Assembly: GCA_035292605.1 (NCBI GenBank)
Contig: DATDPT010000004.1
Span: 1 to 63,262, forward strand
Direction: 5' to 3'
Origin: Acidimicrobiia bacterium
GTDB lineage: Bacteria > Actinomycetota > Acidimicrobiia > Spongiisociales > ZC4RG35
Length of the DNA: 63,262 nucleotides
Part shown: positions 7,666 to 15,933 of the stretch, in pieces
How positions within the stretch are numbered: the stretch's first letter is position 1
How the letters are laid out: each line of letters starts with the position of its first letter
Notes under the pieces: generated by a model
The model's input: only the letters and a program-made list of their open reading frames with translations
Told to the model about the DNA's origin: nothing
The model's database searches: none
Translations under genes and position numbers: made by a program

Positions 7666-10600
7666 GTGACACCTGTCTTGATCGCGTACTCGATCGCTTC
7701 GGACTCGGAGGCGACACCCAACTTGGTGAGGAGCTGGCCCACTTCGTCGGAACCCGCAGCTGCCACGCCGCCTGACGCCTGGCGGGCAGTCACCGATCCG
7801 GACGCCAGATCGCCCAGCAATCCGAGCTCCTCGTCGCTCAACTCGATGCCTTCGATCTCATCGGGCTGCCAAGCCTGAGACGGGTCGAATCCGACTATTT
7901 CGGCCAATTCGCGATGGATCGGGACATCGAACCACTTCGCGTTGATGTCGGGATCGGTCATCGACATGTTGATGAAGGAGAGGCCACCCAGGATCTCCGC
8001 GCTGAGGCCCGCCGCTTCCGGTTCGCCGGGTGCGATCAGGGTGCGTGCCGCTGCCCACAGTATGGGCAGATACAGGGAGAAGTAGGTCTCCCCATCGATG
8101 TCGAGAGCCGCCCGGCCCTCGTCGGCGGCGGTGACGGGGTCTCCTTCTGCTTGCGCCACCACGGCCAGGGCGGCATGGGCCACCGCCTCCCAGGGCAGTT
8201 TCCCGTTCATGCGGCGAACCATGGCCAGAGTCTCGGCGGCGGCATCCTTGGCCTTCTTTAGGGTCGCCTCATCGGCGTCGCGGGCTCCGATGCGGGCGCA
8301 CTCGATGGCCAAAGTCGCATAGGCGTCGCAGCGTCCTCCGAGGTTCTTCTGCCCGGCCAGCTCGGCAGCCCTTTCGAAATGGCGAACCATGGCTTCGACG
8401 TCATCTCGGGAGGCTTCGTGAGCACCCCGCCACATCTCCAAACGACGTGCCATCGAGGTGCTGGCCACCGACATGGCGGCACTGGCGGCGCGATCCAGCC
8501 ATGCTCCGCAGTCCTCACTGGCACCAATCGTCAGGGAGGCCATCGCCATCCCCCCGGCGGCGAGGCACTCCAACCACCGGTCTCCGAGGGCTCGGGCGGC
8601 ATCAAAGGCCTCGCGCCCCCGCTCCAGAGCTAGCCCAGGTTGGAGGTTGTGCCTCGCATAGGTGTGAATGCTGAACAGCATCAAGGCGTCGTCGACCGCT
8701 CTCTGGCTCTCGGTCACTTCACCTTGCCGGTTGTGGTGCAGCGCCCTGATGTGCTCGATCCGACCGGCCATGCCATTGGCCGTCGGATCGGTGACGTGGG
8801 CATACGCCATCGAGATCAGCGCCGACATCGAGCCCCGCCGGTCGCCGATCTCCTCATAGATGTGGAACGCTTCCTCGGCGAGCTCCTTCGTCTTGGCGAA
8901 CAGTGCCGGTGCTCGTTGCAGGATCTCGAGACGCGACGACCCTTCTGCCACTGCGGCCAGGACTCTCTGCTTCACCCTCCCCGACTCGATCACGGCCAGC
9001 TCGCGCAGCGCGTCGGCTTCCTTCGATCGGGCGCCGATCTCACGAGCGATCGACAAAGCCCGCAGGTACGCTTCTTCGGCTGCGTCGAGGTCGACCTCGA
9101 CGAGAGGCCAGTAACCCTCTCCGATCGGGCATCTGGTGATGGCCTGCCCCAACTCGAGGCAGGCGCCGAGCTCCAGCTCCAGATCGCCGGAAGTCTCTGC
9201 AGAGCTGCGCACGGCCCGGGCCAGATCGGCAGCCAGGTCACAATCCTCGTTGGCCCGGGCTGCGGAGGCCCTTCTCAGCTTCACCTCGGCGTCGAGGGCA
9301 GGGGAGTTGACCGCTGCGGTCAGGGCGTTCATCTCGGCCAGATTGGCGGCGCGCTCCATTCCCCGGTCGAGCAACTCCAGAGCATCATCTTTGACCCGGA
9401 GCATGTCGATTCGGTCGGTGGGCTCGGAGGCGGCGGGAAGAGTGCCGTCGATGAGACGAACCGCCTCCTCGGGGGCAAAGACATCCATGGCAGCCCGGGC
9501 CGCTTTCAGAGCGCTCGACACCGCCATCGCCTGGTCTCCGGCCTGAAGGGCGTGGTAGGCCAGCATGGACAGATTCTCGGTCCCTCCCTCTTCCGCCAGG
9601 GCTTCGGCGATGGCCCCATGGATGGCCCGTACTCGCTGTCGGGAGCTGAAGCCAAGCAACGATGCCCGGATCTGGTCATGGGAGAACGAGAAGTCGTAGC
9701 GGGATCCTTGTGGCTCCTCTGCGATCAGGCCGAGGTCGATGGCGTTCTTGAGGTTCTCGCCGATCTGCCAATCGGGCTTCGCAGGCGCGTCCTCCACCCG
9801 GGCCAACACCCGGGAGAGGTCGGAGAGACGAAACCGTCGTCCCAGGACCCCGGCGTCGGCGAGCAGTGACCGACTGTCCTCTGACAGCTGGGCGAGTCTT
9901 CGCTCGACCAGGGACTGGATTGAGGACGGCACCGCCGGTCCGCTGAGGCGAGTCATGGTCCATGTCCCGTCGATCAGCTGCAGGGCTTCGGCCTCCCGGT
10001 AGGCACGTGCCAGTTCCTCTATGAAGAACGGCACCCCTTCGGAACGGGCGTGGAGGCTCTCCAGCGTGGCCTCATCCACTGGAGCGCCGAGCAGGTTCTC
10101 GAGCAGTTCCCCGGTTTGGAGCCGGGTCAACCTTTGCAGTCTCAGCACCTGGGTCACCCGCATCCGGTCGAGGTCGGCGATCAGCTTCGACGCACCGCCA
10201 GAGGAGGAGTCGGAGTAGGGGCGGAGACTGATCAGCAGAAAGATGGGGCCCGAAGCCACGGTCCTCACCAAGTACCGGATCAGCTGGATGCTGTCATCGT
10301 CGGCCCATTGCAGGTCGTCGAACATCAGGAGCAGCGGACGCTCTCGAGTCAGGGCGAGGATCGTGGTTGCGACCTCATCGAAGGTCCGTAGCATCTGCTC
10401 CTGTGGGGAGAACCCTTCCCCACGCGGGGTCCTCCCGGCGATGGCCTCCTGGGCCCGGCTCAGTTGCTCCAACGCCATCGCCTGCCTGGCGATCGACGAC
10501 ATGTGCGGTGAAGTCAGCAGGGATCGGAACAGGAGGAATGGTCCCCGCAACTCCTCGTCGGCGGTGACGTCGAGCACCCAGAAGGGGCTTTCCCGCTCCG

Positions 10601-11366
10601 AAGCCATGTCCGCCGTGGCATCGAGCATCTTCGTCTTGCCGATCCCTGCCTCCCCCTCGAGAACGACCGCCCTGAGACCGGTACTGGGTGTCGCCTCGAG
10701 CTGCTCTTCGATGACCTTGAGCTCTCGGGCCCTGCCTATGACCGGACCCAGCGCTCGCGGCGATTCGAGGTCGAACGCAGCTTCTGAGGCGGCACGGGTC
10801 TCTTTGGTGGTCCGCCCCTCCGCGCCTTCCTTGTCCCTCCACAGAACCTCGAACAGCCGCCATCTCTCGGGAAAGCCCTTGAGCCAGAACAACCCGCGGT
10901 CGACGATCTTGGTGTCCCCCAGAGTGCCGGCAAGATCCTGGACGACCTGGGAGACAAGGATCTGGCCACCCTGGGCCTTGTCGGCGACCCTCGATGCGGC
11001 GTGAACCGCGGTTCCATGGGCGTCTCCTGCCGACTGGGTGACATCCCCACTGTTGAGCCCCATTCGAACCGAGAGCTGCATGTCGAGGTTGGACTCGTTG
11101 TGCTCCTGGATCGCTCTCTGAATCGACGCCGCGGCCTCGATCGCCTGATTGGCCGAACTGAACAGAGCCATGAACCCGTCACCCAGTGATTTGGTCTCGA
11201 TGGCCCCGGCGATCTCCAACCGTGAGCGGACCAGCTCGTCATGGAGGCGAATCACCTCATTGGCGGTGGCGTCACCGACTCTGACGCGCAAGTCAGTGGA
11301 ACCCTCCAGGTCCGTGAAGAGGATGGTGAAGGTTCCCTGCAGGCTCGGTGTCGCAACCTCACTCAA
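7656..11366 (-). CDS. Adenylate/guanylate cyclase domain - AAA/STAND ATPase - TPR - degenerate LuxR-like HTH regulator (1236 aa)
   Basis: TTG start. FTILFTDLEGSTDL...GDGFMALF is a class III cyclase domain. VLEGEAGIGKTKM is a Walker A motif and LLMFDDLQWADDDS a Walker B-like motif. Long helical TPR-like repeats follow, and the C-terminus LSDEELGLL...LLTKLGVASESEAIEYAI is LuxR-like. Confidence 0.85.
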   Translation of the reverse strand: MSEVATPSLQGTFTILFTDLEGSTDLRVRVGDATANEVIRLHDELVRSRLEIAGAIETKSLGDGFMALFSSANQAIEAAASIQRAIQEHNESNLDMQLSVRMGLNSGDVTQSAGDAHGTAVHAASRVADKAQGGQILVSQVVQDLAGTLGDTKIVDRGLFWLKGFPERWRLFEVLWRDKEGAEGRTTKETRAASEAAFDLESPRALGPVIGRARELKVIEEQLEATPSTGLRAVVLEGEAGIGKTKMLDATADMASERESPFWVLDVTADEELRGPFLLFRSLLTSPHMSSIARQAMALEQLSRAQEAIAGRTPRGEGFSPQEQMLRTFDEVATTILALTRERPLLLMFDDLQWADDDSIQLIRYLVRTVASGPIFLLISLRPYSDSSSGGASKLIADLDRMRVTQVLRLQRLTRLQTGELLENLLGAPVDEATLESLHARSEGVPFFIEELARAYREAEALQLIDGTWTMTRLSGPAVPSSIQSLVERRLAQLSEDSRSLLADAGVLGRRFRLSDLSRVLARVEDAPAKPDWQIGENLKNAIDLGLIAEEPQGSRYDFSFSHDQIRASLLGFSSRQRVRAIHGAIAEALAEEGGTENLSMLAYHALQAGDQAMAVSSALKAARAAMDVFAPEEAVRLIDGTLPAASEPTDRIDMLRVKDDALELLDRGMERAANLAEMNALTAAVNSPALDAEVKLRRASAARANEDCDLAADLARAVRSSAETSGDLELELGACLELGQAITRCPIGEGYWPLVEVDLDAAEEAYLRALSIAREIGARSKEADALRELAVIESGRVKQRVLAAVAEGSSRLEILQRAPALFAKTKELAEEAFHIYEEIGDRRGSMSALISMAYAHVTDPTANGMAGRIEHIRALHHNRQGEVTESQRAVDDALMLFSIHTYARHNLQPGLALERGREAFDAARALGDRWLECLAAGGMAMASLTIGASEDCGAWLDRAASAAMSVASTSMARRLEMWRGAHEASRDDVEAMVRHFERAAELAGQKNLGGRCDAYATLAIECARIGARDADEATLKKAKDAAAETLAMVRRMNGKLPWEAVAHAALAVVAQAEGDPVTAADEGRAALDIDGETYFSLYLPILWAAARTLIAPGEPEAAGLSAEILGGLSFINMSMTDPDINAKWFDVPIHRELAEIVGFDPSQAWQPDEIEGIELSDEELGLLGDLASGSVTARQASGGVAAAGSDEVGQLLTKLGVASESEAIEYAIKTGVTWQ

Positions 11367-11482
11367 ACCGGTTCCCCATTCTCGTCACCCTACCTACGAC
11401 CGCCTGGGGTGCATCCCGCAAAGGCGGGTGAATCCGAAAGTTTGTCGACCCGGAGGAGGGGGGATCCGAACTAGGGGAGGAG

Positions 11483-11536
11483 ATGCTGCCAGGCGTCCTC
11501 TGGCGATCACTGTTCGCCGATGCAGCCGTAAGCTGA
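11483..11536 (+). CDS. Candidate 17-codon leader mini-ORF (MLPGVLWRSLFADAAVS) upstream of the P-type ATPase gene
   Basis: The ATG is preceded by ctaGGGGAGGAG. The stop lies 7 nt before the ATPase ATG, which has no SD of its own. There is no homology evidence. Confidence 0.25.
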   Translation: MLPGVLWRSLFADAAVS

Positions 11537-11543
11537 ATCCCGG

Positions 11544-14027
11544 ATGACGAACCTCGAGTTGGCCACGCCCGAAGAGGGGCTCACCCAGGACGAGGTGCGT
11601 CAACGCATCGAGGCCGGGCTGGTCAACCAGGTTGTCGAGAGACCGAGCAGGACTACCGGTGAGATTGTGCGGGCCAATGTGGTCACCCGATTCAACATCC
11701 TCCTCGGCGCCCTGCTCCTCGTAGTGCTGGTGGTCCTGCGCGAGCCCCGTGACGCCCTCTTCGGCATCGTGTTGGTGACCAACGCCGCCATCGGCATCGT
11801 CCAAGAGCTTCGGGCCAAGCGCACCTTGGACCGCTTGGAGTTGGTAGCGGCGCCCCGGGTGAGAGTGGTCAGGTCGGGAAAGGTCTCCGATGTGGCGGTG
11901 GACCGGGTCGTGGTCGACGACCTGATCGATCTCTGGCCGGGCGAACAGCTGGTTGTGGACGGGGTGGTGGTCAGCTCCCAAGGGCTGGAGATCGACGAGT
12001 CACTGCTCACCGGGGAGTCGGACCCGGTGCATAAGCGACCTGACGACGAGTGTCTCTCCGGGAGCTTCGTAGCGGCAGGCTCGGGGCGTTACCGGGCGAC
12101 GAGAGTGGGAGACGAGTCCTATGCCGCCGGGCTCGCCCACGCCGCCAAGCGGTTCACCCTGGTCCGTTCCGAGCTCCGTGATGGGATCAACTGGATCCTC
12201 GGGATAGTGAGCTGGGCGGTGGTGCCGATCGGGGCCCTCGTGGTGTGGAGCTCTCTGCGCGGTGGCGGGACCTTTCTCGAGGGCTTGGGTGGGGCGGTGG
12301 CAGCGGGTGTGGCCATGATCCCCCAGGGACTGGTGTTGTTGACGTCCATCGCCTTTGCCGTGGGAGTCATCAGACTGGGGAGAAGCAACGTCCTGGTTCA
12401 GGAGCTGCCCGCCATTGAAGGTCTGGCCCGAGTCGACACCGTCTGCTTCGACAAGACCGGAACCTTGACCGAGGGGCGGTTGGCGGTCGAGAAGCTCTTG
12501 CTTCTCTCTGAGCGGGATCCCCAACCCGCCTTGGCTGCCATCGCCGCCGCCGAACCTCACCCCAATGCCACCCTCGCTGCGATTGGCGCCGCTTTCCGCG
12601 ATAACCCCGGCTGGGGGGTGCAGACCGCCGTTCCCTTCTCATCTGTGCGGAAGTGGAGCGGTGTCACGTTCCGCGGCCACGGCACCTGGGTGCTCGGAGC
12701 CCCCGATGTGATCGCTCCCGGCGACAAGAGCATCACAGAAGCCGTTTCCGATGCCTCAGCCGACGGGAGACGCGTCTTGCTGGTGGGCGCGGGAATGGCA
12801 CCCCTGGCCGATGGTCGCATCCCTTCGGACGTGACGGCGGTCGCGATCGTCGTTCTCTCCGATCAGGTCCGGGTCGAGGCCGCGGACACCCTCCGCTACT
12901 TCGCCGACCAGGGGATTCGGATCAAGGTGATCTCCGGAGACCACCCCGAGACGGTGGCCTCAATCGCCAGACAGGTTGGGATCGACGGCGCAGACCAGGT
13001 CGTCGACGCTCGTCTTCTCCCTGAGAGCAACGACGAGTTGGCGGCGATCATGGAGCGGGCCACGGTTTTCGGTCGAGTGGGTCCCCAACAGAAGAGCGCC
13101 ATGGTCCGCGCCATGCAGTCGATGGGGCACGTGGTTGCGATGACCGGTGACGGGGTCAACGACGTGCTCGCCCTGAAAGACTCCGACATCGGGATCGCCA
13201 TCGGAGGCGGGGCACCCGCCTCACGTGCCGTGGCTCAGTTGGTGCTGATCGATGGTCGCTTCGCAAGCCTTCCCGGGATCGTGGGGGAGGGGCGAAGGGT
13301 CACCTCCAACATCGAGCGGGTGGCCAACCTCTTCATCACCAGCACGGTCTATGCCCTCGGCCTCTCCCTGGCCATCGTGGTCTCCACCCTGCCGTTTCCC
13401 TTCCTCCCCCGTCATCTCACCCTGGTCGGGAGTCTGACAGTCGGGATCCCGGCGTTCTTTCTCGCTCTGGCGCCATCACGTCGACGAAGCCGACCGGGAT
13501 TCATTCTGAGAGTGCTCAAGTTCGCGGTCCCCACCGGGTTGGTCGCCACCATTGCCACCTTCGCCGGATACTGGCTCGCCGACTCGGAGGGCGCGTCGAT
13601 CGGTCAGTCACGCACCACCGCCACTCTGATCCTCGCCGCTATCGGGCTTTTTGCCCTGGGGATCGTCGGCCGACCCCTCGTCCCCTGGAAGAAAGGCCTG
13701 ATTGCCACTATGGCCGCTCTGCTCGTGGTGGCGATGTCCAGCCCATCCCTACGCGAGTTTTTCGCTCTCGACCTTCCCCGCACCGTGGTGCTGCTTGCCG
13801 CGGTCGGGATCGTCGCCGTCACCGGTACGGTGATGGTCTTCGCCCTTCGGGCGGTGGGGTGGGCCAAGGTGGTTCCCGACCTTCTCCGTGAGAATCCCCC
13901 CACCGAGCGGGAGGCATGGCGACGGCTGAGCAGACGGGTCGTCGAGGGCTCGGGTTGGGAACAGTCGTTCCCCACCACCACCGAGATGCTCCCGGTCACC
14001 AAGCCGCCGCCCGACGAGGGCGGGTGA
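11544..14027 (+). CDS. Cation-translocating P-type ATPase (HAD-IC family, CtpE-like)
   Basis: FDKTGTLT is the phosphorylation site, MTGDGVNDVLALKDSDIGIA the hinge, and TGES the actuator motif. The N-terminus GLTQDEVRQRIEAGLVNQV...IVRANVVTRFN is typical of actinobacterial CtpE-type pumps. Confidence 0.9.
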   Translation: MTNLELATPEEGLTQDEVRQRIEAGLVNQVVERPSRTTGEIVRANVVTRFNILLGALLLVVLVVLREPRDALFGIVLVTNAAIGIVQELRAKRTLDRLELVAAPRVRVVRSGKVSDVAVDRVVVDDLIDLWPGEQLVVDGVVVSSQGLEIDESLLTGESDPVHKRPDDECLSGSFVAAGSGRYRATRVGDESYAAGLAHAAKRFTLVRSELRDGINWILGIVSWAVVPIGALVVWSSLRGGGTFLEGLGGAVAAGVAMIPQGLVLLTSIAFAVGVIRLGRSNVLVQELPAIEGLARVDTVCFDKTGTLTEGRLAVEKLLLLSERDPQPALAAIAAAEPHPNATLAAIGAAFRDNPGWGVQTAVPFSSVRKWSGVTFRGHGTWVLGAPDVIAPGDKSITEAVSDASADGRRVLLVGAGMAPLADGRIPSDVTAVAIVVLSDQVRVEAADTLRYFADQGIRIKVISGDHPETVASIARQVGIDGADQVVDARLLPESNDELAAIMERATVFGRVGPQQKSAMVRAMQSMGHVVAMTGDGVNDVLALKDSDIGIAIGGGAPASRAVAQLVLIDGRFASLPGIVGEGRRVTSNIERVANLFITSTVYALGLSLAIVVSTLPFPFLPRHLTLVGSLTVGIPAFFLALAPSRRRSRPGFILRVLKFAVPTGLVATIATFAGYWLADSEGASIGQSRTTATLILAAIGLFALGIVGRPLVPWKKGLIATMAALLVVAMSSPSLREFFALDLPRTVVLLAAVGIVAVTGTVMVFALRAVGWAKVVPDLLRENPPTEREAWRRLSRRVVEGSGWEQSFPTTTEMLPVTKPPPDEGG

Positions 14028-14135
14028 GCGGGGTCACTCGGTGAGGGCGAGTCTCATCAAGACCTGTCCGCCGTCACTCGACAACACGACGTATCCCTTG
14101 CTCTCATAGAGCCGGCGTGCCTCAACACAGCGAGA

Positions 14136-14165
14136 GGGCGGCAGAACCCGAAGGCTCCGCCGCCC
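14136..14165 (-). terminator. Hairpin downstream of the M28 peptidase gene
   Basis: Read on the minus strand: GGGCGGCGGAGCC-TTCG-GGTTCTGCCGCCC. That gives a 13-bp stem with two G-U pairs and a TTCG tetraloop. On the plus strand the same positions are A-C mismatches, so it fits the minus-strand transcript. Confidence 0.5.
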
Positions 14166-14187
14166 TTCTCTCGTCGAGGCGAATCGT

Positions 14188-15750
14188 CTATGAAGATCCG
14201 TCGATGTTGGCCATTTCCTGCTCCGGGTTTTGCAGCCTGAGGTTGTCCGTACTGATCAGGCCTGTCACCGATTCCGTGTTCATCGCGTAGGTGAGGATGG
14301 CGAACGCGGCGGCGTCCGACATCTGACCCAGGATCCGATTGCTGTTGTTGGCGAAGGTGTCGCATGCCTGGTGATAGCAAGGGTCGAGCGCTACCCCCGC
14401 CGTTCCACCATAGGTCGCGGCCTGATCAGCGGTCTTGAGCTCTTCGGCGCCGGTGAACAGACCACCGACAGGGATACCGAAGAGCACGAATCCGAAATGG
14501 TCGGAACGGGCCCCGATCTCGGTCGGTGCGGTGGGCAGGTGGCGGTTCCCGAAGTAGTCGACGAACAGCTGCTCGATCACCTCCGAGCCAGGCGGGTTGT
14601 CACCGGGAGTTCCGGTATCCGAATTGTCACCGTCGTATACGAATCGGACATAGTTGGGCGAACCGATCATGTCGAAGTTGAGGTAGAGGGCGACATTGTC
14701 CAGTTCACCTGAGTCGGCCTGGCGACTCACCCAGTCGAGGGAGCCGACGAGGCCGGCCTCCTCTGCGCCCCACCATGCGAAGCGCACCTTGTTGTTCGAC
14801 CTCACTTTCGCCATCTGTTCGGCGATCTCGAGGAGGGCAGCGCTGCCCGAACCGTTGTCGTTGATCCCGGGGCCCGCCGGCACCGAATCGAGATGCGCCC
14901 CGGCCATTACCACATTGGTGGGGTCACCTCTCCGTGATTCCGCCAGGACGTTGGCGGTGTGTCGCGTCTCCGAGAAGGTCAAGGTGAAGACTCTGGCCTG
15001 CGGGTCAACCGCGGTCGCGAGGTCGGCACCCACCTGATAGCTGGTCCCGATCACGGGAATGGTGACTCCGATCTCGCCCAAGGTGCCGAAGAGAAGGCCG
15101 GATCGGTCCGGCTCCTGCCCTTCGTTGAAGATGACGGCCGCGCTAGCGAGCGCAGTTTCGGCATTGGCGGCTTTGACCGCGAAGGGACATGTGCCCCGCT
15201 GCATGAGCGCGATGTTCCCGGGCGTAAACCCGGCGAAGTCTTCGGGCTCGCAGCCACTGGTCGAGGTGTTCGCCGGATTGTCCCCGATAGGCACAACGAC
15301 GTCCACCGGTGTCACCGCTGCGGTCACGTCAGCGGACCCCGAGTAGTCCATGATGAAGAAGTCGACGCCCTCCACGTACTGCACTGTCCCAGGAGAGGTC
15401 TGTTCGAATTCTGACGGGGCCAACTGTTCGAAGAAGTCGAAGGAGAACGGGTCCACGGTCACCAGATAACCGGCGGCTCTCATCTTCTTCACCACGTAGT
15501 CGACCGAAGCGTCATAGCCAGACGTCCCCGAAGCCCTGGTCCCATCGTTACGGTCGGCGATTCGTTGTAACGCCTTCTGGTGCTCACGGACACCTTGGAC
15601 CGTCACACACTCCAGCAACTTCTTGACGGTGTGGACCCGGTGATCACATGCCCGTGATCCAGTGGCCTGAGCGACCGGGGCCACTCCCGTGACGGTCGCC
15701 AACGTCATGGCAACCATCAACACCGTCAGGCGCTTCATGCGTCGCAGCAT
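14188..15750 (-). CDS. Secreted M28-family aminopeptidase with PA domain
   Basis: I prefer the internal start MLRRMKRLTVLMVAMTLATVTGVAPVAQA (signal peptide), because AGGAGG lies 6 nt upstream of the ATG at 15748-15750. The ORF-track start 15852 is probably an over-extension. M28 motifs seen: GAHLDS, DNGSGSAALLE, WWGAEEAGLVGS, FDMIGSPN. Confidence 0.85.
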   Translation of the reverse strand: MLRRMKRLTVLMVAMTLATVTGVAPVAQATGSRACDHRVHTVKKLLECVTVQGVREHQKALQRIADRNDGTRASGTSGYDASVDYVVKKMRAAGYLVTVDPFSFDFFEQLAPSEFEQTSPGTVQYVEGVDFFIMDYSGSADVTAAVTPVDVVVPIGDNPANTSTSGCEPEDFAGFTPGNIALMQRGTCPFAVKAANAETALASAAVIFNEGQEPDRSGLLFGTLGEIGVTIPVIGTSYQVGADLATAVDPQARVFTLTFSETRHTANVLAESRRGDPTNVVMAGAHLDSVPAGPGINDNGSGSAALLEIAEQMAKVRSNNKVRFAWWGAEEAGLVGSLDWVSRQADSGELDNVALYLNFDMIGSPNYVRFVYDGDNSDTGTPGDNPPGSEVIEQLFVDYFGNRHLPTAPTEIGARSDHFGFVLFGIPVGGLFTGAEELKTADQAATYGGTAGVALDPCYHQACDTFANNSNRILGQMSDAAAFAILTYAMNTESVTGLISTDNLRLQNPEQEMANIDGSS

Positions 15751-15933
15751 TGTTACCTCCTGCATTCTGAGCCCCCCTGATCCGAAGATCGACCGTCCCT
15801 CGGGTGGGGACCCTACCCCTCTTGGGCCGAGCCCATACCGACGGATCGCCACTCCACGGGCTAATGCCTGCCCGACGATGAGGCCCGAAGACCCCGGACG
15901 TCGTGCTCTATCGCGACGCTCAGCAGGTCGTCT

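Noticed and set aside
11367-11543. Metal riboswitch (M-box or yybP-ykoY) upstream of the P-type ATPase.
   Set aside because: Only a GGGGAGGAG string resembles the yybP-ykoY GGGGAGUAG, and the other conserved blocks were not found. That purine run is better explained as the SD of the 17-codon mini-ORF.
15751-15852. 34-codon extension of the M28 peptidase ORF.
   Set aside because: The signal peptide and a perfect AGGAGG SD belong to the internal ATG at 15750, and the extension encodes Gly/Arg-rich filler.
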